NCBI GenBank assembly: GCA_965197745.1
Contig: CBDANS010000007.1
Location: 96,001-160,000 of the forward strand
DNA: 64,000 nt
Direction: 5' to 3'
Source: Opitutales bacterium
Lineage (GTDB): Bacteria; Verrucomicrobiota; Verrucomicrobiia; Opitutales; PNEW01
Shown here: positions 1 through 9,584 of the stretch, piece by piece
Layout of the letters: every line of letters starts with the position of its first letter
Numbering within the stretch: the first letter of the stretch is position 1
Program-made: the position numbers and the translations under genes
The notes under the pieces: generated by a model
Seen by the model: the letters and a program-made list of their open reading frames with translations, nothing else
What the model was told of the DNA's origin: nothing
Databases searched by the model: none

Positions 1-22
1 GGGCCTGACCCCTTTTTGAATG

Positions 23-544
23 TTATTTGTACTCCAGTTTCTTCTCCAAGACAAATTCGCACGCTGATGTTGCGGGATGGTCTGATTTATAATCCTTAAG
101 CTGCTCAGAACCCAGTTGCTCAAAACCTATTTTGTAATAGAATGCCAGGGCACGGGAATTTGAAGGCATGACTCCAGCCAGGATTGATCGCATGCCACGA
201 TCTGTTGCCCATTTTATGACATGTTCTATAAGATCCGATGCAATACTACTTCCGCGGAATGAGGGGGCCACCCACATTGAGATTAGATATGATCTCAGGG
301 AATTTTCTTCATCAGGAAAACCTATAGCCATACCGACCGGCTCTTGATCATTTATCGCGATAGCGCAAAATTCTTTCACACTACCAGCACCATTACGGGT
401 GCGTTCCTGCCAGTAATCGTCAGATTTTTTTCTGGCTTGATCCAATGTTGTGGCAAACGCGCCTGGTGAATCTTCCAGCGCAGTAAGTCGCACTTGCTTC
501 AATAAGAGCCATTCATCGGCCTGGATTTGTCTTACTGTAATCAT
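23..544 (-). CDS. GNAT family N-acetyltransferase
   Basis: 173 aa; motif A 'ISMWVAPSFRGSSIA' and motif B 'NSRALAFYYKIGF'. Confidence 0.9.
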   Translation of the reverse strand: MITVRQIQADEWLLLKQVRLTALEDSPGAFATTLDQARKKSDDYWQERTRNGAGSVKEFCAIAINDQEPVGMAIGFPDEENSLRSYLISMWVAPSFRGSSIASDLIEHVIKWATDRGMRSILAGVMPSNSRALAFYYKIGFEQLGSEQLKDYKSDHPATSACEFVLEKKLEYK

Positions 545-620
545 TTTACTGATGTAAACTTGAGCATTCAGTCTCGGGGGGTGCTAACAGTGAATACGTC
601 TCGGACCTTGATGAAATTAA

Positions 621-1382
621 TTATTTTTGGTCCCTTGGAATTAGATTATTGATTATATGTTGTCTTCCCGGGTGCAAAAGGTCCTCAAGCATTTTTACAA
701 CGGTGTCCTGGTTGTAGTGAACCAGCCGATGATTAATTTTATAGTCATTATTTGATGCATGCAGTAAAACGTAACTGGCTCTTTTATCATCTGTATGCGA
801 CAAGCTAACACTACCAAGATTCACCAAGTGCCATGCATCAACTTGGCGCGTCATTGGGCGATGGGTATGCCCGACACATATAAGGTCAGCTTCGCACTCG
901 TGAAGTAATGCGCGAATCTCGTCATCTTCATTCTCAGGCGAAAAGCCAGAACCATCATCTAGTCCTGGAGAAGCGTGAACCCCCAAAAATTTAGTTCCAT
1001 TCGGTAATATCTCATTAATTTCGAGTGGCAGTTCCTCTAGCCATTTCAACCAGCCAGAAGCTGCTATTGCGCCCTGTGTCCAACTGAATGTTTCGGCTAC
1101 TTCCACGAACTGTGGTATAAGGCTTAATTTGGATTTCACTTCGTCAAGGGTTGGTGAAGGACGTTCTCCAAATGCCACATATCGATCAGTATTTCCTCGG
1201 ATGAATCTTGCGTTTGCAAGATTTGTCAGTCGTTCAAGGACCCCCACCGGGTCGGGCCCGATTGCAACAAGATCCCCCAAAATCCAGTAACCGTCGACAC
1301 CACCTTGCGCTTCTATATCTTCCAGTACCGCATCAAGGGCTACAGAGTTTCCGTGAATATCACTTAGTAGTGCGATTTTCAT
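621..1382 (-). CDS. Calcineurin-like metallophosphoesterase (YfcE-like)
   Basis: Motifs SDIHGN, LGDLV, RGNTD, VHAS, GHTH, NLGSV. Confidence 0.9.
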   Translation of the reverse strand: MKIALLSDIHGNSVALDAVLEDIEAQGGVDGYWILGDLVAIGPDPVGVLERLTNLANARFIRGNTDRYVAFGERPSPTLDEVKSKLSLIPQFVEVAETFSWTQGAIAASGWLKWLEELPLEINEILPNGTKFLGVHASPGLDDGSGFSPENEDDEIRALLHECEADLICVGHTHRPMTRQVDAWHLVNLGSVSLSHTDDKRASYVLLHASNNDYKINHRLVHYNQDTVVKMLEDLLHPGRQHIINNLIPRDQK

Positions 1383-1430
1383 TTAGTGTCGGACTCAGGA
1401 ATTCAGCAGTGTGTTATCAGATACGCATCA

Positions 1431-1886
1431 TCATGACTTCCTGTCATTCAGATAAGTGCCCAGCTTCTTTACTAAACCCGGGGGTAGCCCCGCAATAGTG
1501 GTTTTTCTTTCTGCGGACGGCAATGCCTCCATCGCTTTAATGACATTTTCGCGCGAGACATTAGGATTGAAAATCCGCTTTTTCAATTCTGTCGTGATTA
1601 TGGATGAAGCTTGTTCATCCGTCGAAGTACGCTTCAACGATGACTTTGCCCGTTTCCTGCGTTGCAATCGTTGCTTCTTGCGATCCGTCTTAGAGTCCAC
1701 TTCAAGCTTACGATACAGTTCCTCCGAAATCTCTCCACTGACGATATTCTGCAAAATTTCGTCAAGACGTAATGTTTCTGCATTATCTTTAGCGACTATT
1801 GCCGCGCGACGACGTCGTGAAATGTAACGATACACCTGATCTTCCCAATACGGCTCAGCGATTAGTGATTGGGAGTCAGGCTTCAT
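1431..1886 (-). CDS. Hypothetical basic, helical protein
   Basis: 151-aa ORF, co-oriented with its neighbours, AT-rich upstream region; no recognised motif. Confidence 0.6.
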   Translation of the reverse strand: MKPDSQSLIAEPYWEDQVYRYISRRRRAAIVAKDNAETLRLDEILQNIVSGEISEELYRKLEVDSKTDRKKQRLQRRKRAKSSLKRTSTDEQASSIITTELKKRIFNPNVSRENVIKAMEALPSAERKTTIAGLPPGLVKKLGTYLNDRKS

Positions 1887-2099
1887 ATATTAATATTTTT
1901 GGAATATTAGTTTAAAAAGCAATATACGATAGAATAGATCAGCATCTAATTAGGATCCTTAATTAATCATTAATTTTATTATTAACAAATGAACTTTACT
2001 AAGGTTGGTAGGCTAACGTATGGAAACATTACAAAATGAAGCCTGGCTCCTTTTGACCCTGCAGGAATATTTTATTGCACCGTTCCCTATCCAGGCTTA

Positions 2100-2124
2100 C
2101 AGAGGCCGTGGTCAGCGGCCTCTG
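2100..2124 (-). terminator. GC-rich hairpin downstream of osmC
   Basis: CAGAGGCCG-7 nt-CGGCCTCTG perfect 9-bp stem; no clear U tract. Confidence 0.4.
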
Positions 2125-2158
2125 CAAATCCTGAATCAGGTTTAGTAATCGTACTCTC

Positions 2159-2705
2159 TTATTGATTAATCTTAACCTGGACAGGTACTGTATTTTGTAC
2201 CGTGTCCAAAATGACAGAATGCTGGATAATCTGCATCAACTCATCTTCATCAGCATCAGATTGTATATTGAATCCAATCTCAATATCCTGGAACCCGGGA
2301 CGCACATTAGGATCTATACCCAGTAAACCTTGAAGATCTAATTTTCCTTTAGCTTTTGATTCCATTTTATATATCGTTATCCCTCTAGCAGCGGCATGAT
2401 AGGCGATCGTCGTCGTTATACATCCTGCAAGGGCATGCAGTAAGTATTCTGCCGGATTCACGGCCTTATCTGTTCCCAGAAGAGAGATTGGCTCATCGTT
2501 GGTATATTCGAATACATCGGTCCGAGTTGTATCTTCTTCCTTCGCTCCGTAGAAGCCTTTTATGGTTGATTTATTTATCGACCCATGTATTGTTGGACCT
2601 GAATTCAAACTGTGCCATTTCAGGATCATTTTTCATGACTTCGATGTTTTCATTGAGTTGAGCGACGTCTACTCCGTTTACTTTTGTTTCTATTGTTGTG
2701 GTCAT
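2159..2705 (-). pseudogene. OsmC/Ohr-like family protein, frameshifted
   Basis: ATG at 2705 reads MTTTIETKVNGVDV...FEFRSNNTWVDK* (stop 2571-2573). Another frame continues NKSTIKGFYG...NPAEYLLHALAGC to 2159. Confidence 0.8.
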
Positions 2706-2740
2706 TTTTGTTCTTTATTTTGTATTTTTGGTTGATATAT

Positions 2741-2754
2741 ACAGACATGTCTGT
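2741..2754. promoter_or_regulatory. Putative TetR operator upstream of osmC
   Basis: Perfect palindrome ACAGAC-AT-GTCTGT; the same half-sites recur at 3378-3391. Confidence 0.7.
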
Positions 2755-2774
2755 CTGTTTTTATGAAAAAAATA

Positions 2775-3359
2775 TTATTTAATAAGCGCCACTACTTGCC
2801 TTCTTGCGTGGCGAACAGGCCACAGTTCTTGATGTATCATCACCAGAGCAATGGCTCCCGTGAGTATGGTTAAGTAATCGTTCGTTAAGGTTTCGACATC
2901 GAGATGGCTGTATTTCTTCCCATCTGACTGTATAAGGTCAGATGATATTTCTTTAATGATTGCCTTCAAAGTTTCATAATGGAGTTTACTTTCCTTTCTT
3001 ACAGGATCTGCATGATTAGAGATCTCGGGCACCATACGAAGGAAACCGCAGCCTTTCAGCCCATTTTGGATGATCCATGGCTCAATACATTCAATCAAAG
3101 CCATAAACCTGGTCCGTGGAGTTTTCTTTTCATGGATAGCAGCTTTCAAATCCCCGATCTCCTTAATATTTAGATTACTGATATACGCTAAATTCAGGTG
3201 ATCTTTAGTTGGAAAATGTGAGTAGAATGTAGCCTTCGATACGTTTGCTTTCTTTATAATCTCGTTCGTCCCGGTTTGATGATAGCCATATTGATAGAAC
3301 AACTCCGTCGCGGTCTTCAAAATCCGTTCTCTTGCTGGACTTTCTTTCTTTTCTATCAT
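2775..3359 (-). CDS. TetR/AcrR family transcriptional regulator
   Basis: N-terminal HTH 'RERILKTATELFYQYGYHQTGTNEIIKKANVSKATFYSHFPTK'; likely start is ATG 3359. Confidence 0.92.
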   Translation of the reverse strand: MIEKKESPARERILKTATELFYQYGYHQTGTNEIIKKANVSKATFYSHFPTKDHLNLAYISNLNIKEIGDLKAAIHEKKTPRTRFMALIECIEPWIIQNGLKGCGFLRMVPEISNHADPVRKESKLHYETLKAIIKEISSDLIQSDGKKYSHLDVETLTNDYLTILTGAIALVMIHQELWPVRHARRQVVALIK

Positions 3360-3366
3360 TGAGCAA

Positions 3367-3394
3367 ACTCTAAGCAGACAGACCAGTCTGTCAA
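3367..3394 (-). promoter_or_regulatory. sigma70-like promoter of tetR overlapped by operator
   Basis: Minus strand TTGACA-16 nt-TAGAGT; the operator ACAGAC-CA-GTCTGT (3378-3391) covers the -35 and spacer. Confidence 0.65.
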
Positions 3395-3727
3395 GTAAAT
3401 ATTGCAAAAAATTTGCAAATAAGCAAATTCAGGTAATTTAGCGTATTTACCTCACGTTGAATCTATTGATTTTGAACATCATAGGTGAGACGGGGAGTAT
3501 GCTGGGGCGTGCCGATCTTTTTGTAAAATGGTTTTCGAGCGAACAAAAAGAATGGAATGACAAAAGTGTCGTAGTGATATCATTAAGTGTGCTTTCGAAG
3601 GAAGGAAACACATACTCAGTGGCGATAAGATCATCGCAGCATTTCAATTACCTGTTTCACAACTTACTTAGAAAAGACAAAAAAATTTATAATTGCCCTA
3701 GTTTTTTTGCAGCATTAGGTGAAATAA

Positions 3728-4951
3728 ATGGGAATCAGTATTGGGTTAGTCGGCCTTGGATCGTTCGGTCAAGTGTTCGCTGATCTATTTCGAAGTCATC
3801 CCGGGGTGGACCGTATCGCCCTCTGCGACCGTGAGCCGGAAAGAATGGACGCAATCGCATCACGGCGTCAATGGGACAGAAAATTCAATCCGCGCGATAA
3901 GTACGCCACCCTTGAGGAAATGCTTAAGACTGATGTCGACGCTGTAGCCATCATTACCCAGCATTGGCTCCATGCGCCCCAATGTGTCCAGGCGATGGAG
4001 GCGGGCAAACATGTCTACAGTGCCGTGCCGGTCATCACCGTGCCCGATGCTGACGAAATTCTCGACTGGTGTGAGCGGATAGTCGAAACGAGTCGGCAAA
4101 CCGGCCAGTACTACATGTTGGGAGAGACAACATATTATCATGCCGACACTATGTTTTGCCGGCGCAAGGCCGCTGAAAATGCGTTTGGGCACTTCGTCTA
4201 TGCCGAAGGTGAGTACTTCCATGATGTTGACGCGCTAAGCAACCTGCGCGATGTCATCCGCATGCGAACGGCGAGCGCCTCGGGAAAGGAATGGCTCGAA
4301 AACAAGCGTCGCTACCTGGCTGCTGGAATTGGGGACGGTCCGATGCATTACCCCACTCACTCAACCAGTGGTCCGGTTTCGGTGATGAAGGCACATGCGG
4401 TGAAGGTCACGGCCTACGGTTACAAAAACCGGAATGAAGATCCTTTTTTTGCGGACCATGCCTTCAGCAATGAAGTCGCCTTGTTCCGGATGTCAAACGG
4501 AGCATCGGTTCGAATCTGCGAGTTCCGAGAACTGGCCGGCTCTTTCCACAAGGGAGAGACGTTCCGAATTGTTGGCACACGCGGAACTTATGCGGAAAAC
4601 ACGTGGAAAGAGAACTTTCGCACCGACACGTCGCCGGCGAGACCGTTGGAGATAACGACTTTGACCGACGAAGAGATGCGGGATCCCTTACCGGCGGAGG
4701 TGGCGCTCGCCTTTAAGCAGATTGAGGAACCGGAGGCAGTGGATGATTCCGATTTCACACCCAAGGGGCACGGCGGCTCTCATCCTTATCTAGTAAATGA
4801 GTTTGTCGATGCGATTATTAATCAACGTCAACCGGCAACCAATGCCTGGGAGGCCGCGCGCTACACGGTGATGGGAGCGATGGCGCATAAGTCCGCGCTT
4901 CGTGATGGGGAAACCCTGGACGTGCCCGACTTTGGAGACGCGCCGCAGTAG
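3728..4951 (+). CDS. Gfo/Idh/MocA family oxidoreductase
   Basis: Rossmann 'GLVGLGSFG', 'AGKHVYSAVP', C-terminal 'GHGGSH'. Confidence 0.88.
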   Translation: MGISIGLVGLGSFGQVFADLFRSHPGVDRIALCDREPERMDAIASRRQWDRKFNPRDKYATLEEMLKTDVDAVAIITQHWLHAPQCVQAMEAGKHVYSAVPVITVPDADEILDWCERIVETSRQTGQYYMLGETTYYHADTMFCRRKAAENAFGHFVYAEGEYFHDVDALSNLRDVIRMRTASASGKEWLENKRRYLAAGIGDGPMHYPTHSTSGPVSVMKAHAVKVTAYGYKNRNEDPFFADHAFSNEVALFRMSNGASVRICEFRELAGSFHKGETFRIVGTRGTYAENTWKENFRTDTSPARPLEITTLTDEEMRDPLPAEVALAFKQIEEPEAVDDSDFTPKGHGGSHPYLVNEFVDAIINQRQPATNAWEAARYTVMGAMAHKSALRDGETLDVPDFGDAPQ

Positions 4952-4987
4952 AAACTAAGCGGTCGATTTGACTCTTTATGACCCGCT

Positions 4988-5374
4988 CTACGACTGACGC
5001 TGACCGAGACAATAACACAGTCCATCTGGGGCAATGACAAAAAAGACCCGAAAGGAGGTCTCTCCGTGTTGGTCAATTCGGTATCCAGCATCTTCTCGAT
5101 CAAGGCCATTTGACTTCAATTCATTAAAAGCAGCTTCCACTTCATCGACTTCAAAGAAACAGCCCTCCTGGGTTGGATCACCGCCATTCTCCGCGAGACC
5201 AATCTGGATACTATCTCTGCCCAGGACCGCAGATTTGCGTGGTGTATCGGTGCGCGACAGAACCTGAAACCCCATCACCGTCTGGTAAAAAGGGAGCGCA
5301 GCGTCGACACTTTCGACGGGAAGATTCATCGCGTCATCTGCATACGGTGCGGCATTCTTGAATATCGCTGCCAT
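4988..5374 (-). CDS. VOC/glyoxalase-bleomycin resistance family protein
   Basis: 'VDAALPFYQTVMGF' and 'FFVIAPDGLCYCLG'. Confidence 0.85.
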   Translation of the reverse strand: MAAIFKNAAPYADDAMNLPVESVDAALPFYQTVMGFQVLSRTDTPRKSAVLGRDSIQIGLAENGGDPTQEGCFFEVDEVEAAFNELKSNGLDREDAGYRIDQHGETSFRVFFVIAPDGLCYCLGQRQS

Positions 5375-5527
5375 GATTATTCCTATGATGAGATAATAAT
5401 GGATTAGTGAACGTGCATTTATGAGTATCGGTTATTGTGTGAAGAATGGCAACTAGCAAATCTTAAAGTAGATGGTTCTTCTACAATGCGAATCGTTTGA
5501 CTATTTAAACCTTCGCCTTCATCCTTC

Positions 5528-5688
5528 CAGTTATTTACATCAATATTAAGGTGGAACGCGTCCTGCGATGAGCTATGTCGAATCGTGTCCCTAGCGCGTT
5601 TGAATATGTCGTATTAGAAGAAGCGTGCTTGGAACAGCCGTCGCTGTGCATTGATAAGCTATGGCCGTCAGGCAGCCCGCTCCACCTT
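5528..5688. repeat. REP-like element family A, copy 1 (with a 38-bp nested insertion)
   Basis: AAGGTGGAACGCG...CGCTCCACCTT palindromic frame; close copy at 46856-46977. Confidence 0.8.
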
Positions 5689-5750
5689 GAGCGGAGGCAA
5701 AATAATTATTATATATCTTAATCGTCCGGCTCCATAATGCTCATGGATGC

Positions 5751-6606
5751 CTAGCACGGTTTGTCACCGGCCAGGGTGACGCGATGCATGATGCGCCTGA
5801 ATCCGTGATAGTCATTTATGGGGTTGTGCTGGGTACAGCGATTATCCCAGAAGGCGAGGGAGCCTTGTCCCCAGCGAAAGCGGCTGGTGAACTCCGGCCT
5901 GACCTGGTGCTTGAAGAGTTGGTCGAGGAGAGACCGACTTTCCTCATCCGTCCAACCCTCGATATGCGTCGTATGGGCATTGTTGACGTACAGGGCCTTG
6001 CGTCCCGTTTCCGGGTGTGTGCGTACTGCCGGGTGCATTGCGCACAACACTTTAACTTCCACGCCATCATCGCGTAGGCGGTCCTCCCGCGTTTTAGCGA
6101 CCTCGGGTTTCGTCGAGTTGTTAACGCCGACCAGGTCGGTGAGTTTCGTTTTAAGATCCTCAGAGAGGGTTTCATAGGCCTTGTACTGATTGGCGAAAAG
6201 GGTGTCGCCGCCCGTGGGCGGGATCTCGACTGCGTAGAGCAGACTCGCCATCGGTGGATACTCGAGGTAGGTGGTGTCAGAGTGCCAGACGCCGCCGAAG
6301 TTCACGCGTTCATGCTCCAGCTTGATCACCGCGGTGACGAGCGGACACTCAGGCAGTCCTTTCAACTGGGGGTATTCCATTGGCTCGCCGAACTGCCGCG
6401 CGAAGTCGAGCTGCTCCTGCCTGGGGAGTAAGCTCCTGGTCGCGGAAAAAGATCACGAGGTAGTCAAGGAATGCCTGGCGGATTTCCGAAATAATTTCAC
6501 CTTCTAAAGGCTGCGAGATATCCACGCCATTGATTTCGGCGCCGAGCGCACCGTCAATCGGGCACACTTCGATAGTGCGAAAATTACGTTTCACCGCGTT
6601 ATCCAT
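5751..6606 (-). pseudogene. TauD/TfdA family Fe(II)/2OG dioxygenase, frameshifted
   Basis: N-part 'GALGAEINGVDISQPL...LVIFFRDQ' and C-part 'WHSDTT...FWDNRCTQH...MHRVTL'. A 4-bp CCTG duplication at 6416-6423 shifts the frame; removing it restores LTPQEQLDFARQFG. Confidence 0.88.
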
Positions 6607-6684
6607 TATTTTTTATTTTGTCGCGGCATCTTAGTCTAAGCTCGAGAGGAGTCATAGTGCGTGGCGAAGCTACACGAGATAGTC

Positions 6685-7107
6685 TTACTTCAATCGATAT
6701 CTTTTCGAATTCTCTGGCGAAGCGTAAACCACTTCCAGTTTAGTTCCATCGGGATCATAGAAAAACGTGGCATAGAATTCCTTATAGTGATACTCGGGAC
6801 AATCTACTGGAGGATCTTGAATTTTAACTCCGGGGAGCTTTCTGATAACTTTGTCATATATCTTATCAACGTATTCACGAGAGGGCGCGAAAAATGCAAA
6901 GTGATGAAGCCCTGCCATCCCCGTGTGAACTGGCCCCTGCCAGGCACCCTTTGTTTTCGCTTTTACAAGAATCAATAGAATTTCATCTTTAACATACACG
7001 TGACTCGCCTGATTCCGGAAACCAAGGGCTTTCATCAGCGGCATATAAAATTCAGCTGAGCGATTAAGATTCGAGCAGCAGATCTCAATATGATGGATTA
7101 CATTCAT
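6685..7107 (-). CDS. VOC family protein
   Basis: 'IHHIEI', 'GLHHFAF', 'FFYDPDGTKLEVV'. Confidence 0.88.
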   Translation of the reverse strand: MNVIHHIEICCSNLNRSAEFYMPLMKALGFRNQASHVYVKDEILLILVKAKTKGAWQGPVHTGMAGLHHFAFFAPSREYVDKIYDKVIRKLPGVKIQDPPVDCPEYHYKEFYATFFYDPDGTKLEVVYASPENSKRYRLK

Positions 7108-7136
7108 GATTATGCAGAACGTTTGGTAAGCAGTGT

Positions 7137-8027
7137 TTAAGTTTCTGTAGATTCACCTTTATTTCTAAAATAAATTCCCTCTGCGGTTCCTCCGAGTATC
7201 CATCGCTTGTCCTCAGCTGAAAAAAACGGGATCAAATCCATCATGACCAAAAACTCGAAGAAATTCGCAAAGAGCATATGTTCCGGTCCGTAGGCATCGT
7301 AGAGTCGCTTCAGAAACGGCCACACGTCCCGGTGGGGCAGGGCTTCACGTGATGGATTGTGAAGCGTTGTGCGCACATAGACATTCGGCAACCGGTGCAT
7401 CTCGAGGAGGGGACCGAAGCCGGCTTTATCGGGCGCGGATATGTCGATCATCGCGATGTGATCGATGACAACCTTTACACCCGGGAACCGTTCGGCCATA
7501 TCCGCGACCTGGCCCACCTGTTCCGGCGCCAGAAAGATGTTGAAGACCGCTCCGAGTTCTTGCGCTCGTTCCCAAAATGGATACATGCAGGTGTCATTGA
7601 ACCAGACTCGGTCCTTGTCATAGATTGGACTTAATCTCAGACCTACGAGGTTCTGCACTTTAATCAAGTGTTCCAGACGATCGGCATTTGCGGAGTCCCC
7701 AGGGTCGAACAGGTTATAGCCCACGAGGAGACCGATACCAGCAAATCGATCGGGCCACTTTTGGATCGCGTAAATAGTGTAGTCGTTATTTCTACCGTAA
7801 TAACAGACGTGACTGATCACGGTCTTGTCGATCCCGTAGATCTGCATTTCGGCGATCAGGTGTTCGGCTGAATATTCACTGTCGGGAGCAAGAAAGGTCC
7901 CGCAGCTCGCTTCCTCAGGAATGATCGGAAACCTGGGATCGTGTATGACCCATGCGTGCTCAGCGGCATTGATAATCGGCGGTGAATCCATCTTAAGAAT
8001 GCGAAATGGGTAATGAGAAAGGGTCAA
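7137..8027 (-). CDS. Amidohydrolase_2 family protein
   Basis: 'AAEHAW' (variant of DxHxH), 'GLRLSP', 'VVIDHIA', 'PNVYV'; the start may be ATG 7992. Confidence 0.8.
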   Translation of the reverse strand: MTLSHYPFRILKMDSPPIINAAEHAWVIHDPRFPIIPEEASCGTFLAPDSEYSAEHLIAEMQIYGIDKTVISHVCYYGRNNDYTIYAIQKWPDRFAGIGLLVGYNLFDPGDSANADRLEHLIKVQNLVGLRLSPIYDKDRVWFNDTCMYPFWERAQELGAVFNIFLAPEQVGQVADMAERFPGVKVVIDHIAMIDISAPDKAGFGPLLEMHRLPNVYVRTTLHNPSREALPHRDVWPFLKRLYDAYGPEHMLFANFFEFLVMMDLIPFFSAEDKRWILGGTAEGIYFRNKGESTET

Positions 8028-8104
8028 ACGTATAAATTAAATATTAAAGTCTGTTGAATAATTAATTATACGACATCGGCAACCTCTTTCAATCTCGTGA
8101 TACT

Positions 8105-9004
8105 TTAAGCGATATTCAACTGCTTCACCAGGGTTTGAGCCGCATCTTCACTCTGTTCAAATTGGATATCCGAATACAGTGTCCACGTTTCGCGGTGGGT
8201 CACGGTTTCCCCGGGAGCGATCACGGATTTTGGAGCCACCGTTTCCAGTTCAATAAGGCGGGGATCGCAATAAACCTGGCTGGAACTGCCTCGGTCAAAA
8301 TAGGGGACATGGGGGTGATAATCGGCATGTTTCACATACAGCGTTTCGTCGCGATGATAAGCCAGCCATCCATCGGGGTTGGGAAAGCCGAATTTCAGCA
8401 TCCCCTTCTGCATATTCGCTTCAACAAAAATAAAACGGTTACCCCACTGTATGTGCGGACTGGCAATGTCGGTAAAGGACCACAAAGCAATACTGCGATT
8501 AGGCCAAACTCCGTCAGGGTCGACGTTCTCAGTTAGCTGCGGAAGAAGAGCCACGCCGCCCTCTGGCAATTGCGTTATGGCCCAGGGGGCCGTTTCGATT
8601 GACCACATTCCCTCGTTTTTAAACCGGTGATCAACAATGACGGTGGGGCTATTATCCGGCAGTGTGATATGCATGGATTTTTGAATGCAGGTTTCGGGTT
8701 CGGTCGGTTGAATGACTTCCAGGCCATTCTCAATTGTCTTGATCTCTACCGGCTGGTTATCGGGCAGGTAGGTGCGCCCTTCTACCTGGGGAGCATGCCA
8801 CAATCGATGTCCCCCATATAGATTCAACTTTTCATCCTTACCCGGACAATCGAGGGTAAGATCCGGCAATTCGGCCAGCAGATTTTTACCCCCCGAAAAG
8901 CTCAACCGAATAATACGCGGTCCGACTGATTGAGTCACGAGCAGTTCTATGGATTCATTTTTTAAACGAACACAGTCCAGATCAAGAAATCGTGCAGTTT
9001 CCAT
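8105..9004 (-). CDS. DUF4380-like / galactose-mutarotase-fold hypothetical protein
   Basis: 'VGPRII', 'YGGHRLWHAP', 'PWAITQ', 'IELET...PGETVTHRETW'. Confidence 0.6.
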   Translation of the reverse strand: METARFLDLDCVRLKNESIELLVTQSVGPRIIRLSFSGGKNLLAELPDLTLDCPGKDEKLNLYGGHRLWHAPQVEGRTYLPDNQPVEIKTIENGLEVIQPTEPETCIQKSMHITLPDNSPTVIVDHRFKNEGMWSIETAPWAITQLPEGGVALLPQLTENVDPDGVWPNRSIALWSFTDIASPHIQWGNRFIFVEANMQKGMLKFGFPNPDGWLAYHRDETLYVKHADYHPHVPYFDRGSSSQVYCDPRLIELETVAPKSVIAPGETVTHRETWTLYSDIQFEQSEDAAQTLVKQLNIA

Positions 9005-9143
9005 GGGTACGTTTCATTGTTTACGCGGTTGGCCAATGCTTATGGTTTGTATGGCCGTTGGCAAGGTTTCCATGGCAGAGGTTGATACTGTTCAAGGGTT
9101 AGCAGGGTACTATCAAAATTATACATTTATAGCTGATGACCTG

Positions 9144-9337
9144 CGCCCCTTCAGAGCGCGTATTTATTATTCCCTTTGCCAGGGGTTAGCACCCCTGGCT
9201 AAATGCCTTCACCCCTTCGGGGTTATAGATTAACCAAAAATCCCACTCACTGATTACCGATCACCGACTATTATACTCTTCTATTCAATCGAAAAACGAC
9301 ATTCCGAAATCGACAATCGAAATCACCCCTACGGGGT
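9144..9337. repeat. REP-like palindrome cluster (family C)
   Basis: CGCCCCTTCAGAGCG, GCCAGGGG-TTAGCA-CCCCTGGC, ACCCCTTCGGGGT and ACCCCTACGGGGT hairpins, interspersed with 7-mer-like simple repeats. Confidence 0.65.
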
Positions 9338-9438
9338 TAAAGATGATTCAATTAGTCTTCGTCTTCGTCCACTTGATATTTATTTCAATATCAAAAATGG
9401 AACGTGCCTATACTGTTTGATAGATTAACGATACAAAA

Positions 9439-9517
9439 TGGAGGGACGCGCTCCGTCGCGTCCGCATAATTTCATGCACATCGAATACCAACGGCCATGA
9501 CGGAGCATGGCCCTCCA
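9439..9517. repeat. REP doublet family B, copy 1
   Basis: TGGAGGGACGCGCTCCGTCGCGTCCG ... CGGCCATGACGGAGCATGGCCCTCCA; 9439-9464 is the exact reverse complement of 21993-22018. Confidence 0.8.
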
Positions 9518-9584
9518 TTAATGTGGAAGCAGACGAAGACGAAGATTGGTGTTTATCAATAGATCACCGCGCTCAGCCGGATAT

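Noticed and set aside
545..7136. GTT/AAC motifs near small genes (about 583 and 7117) as integron attC sites
   Set aside because: I could not find paired R''/R' boxes with a folding stem, and there is no integrase.
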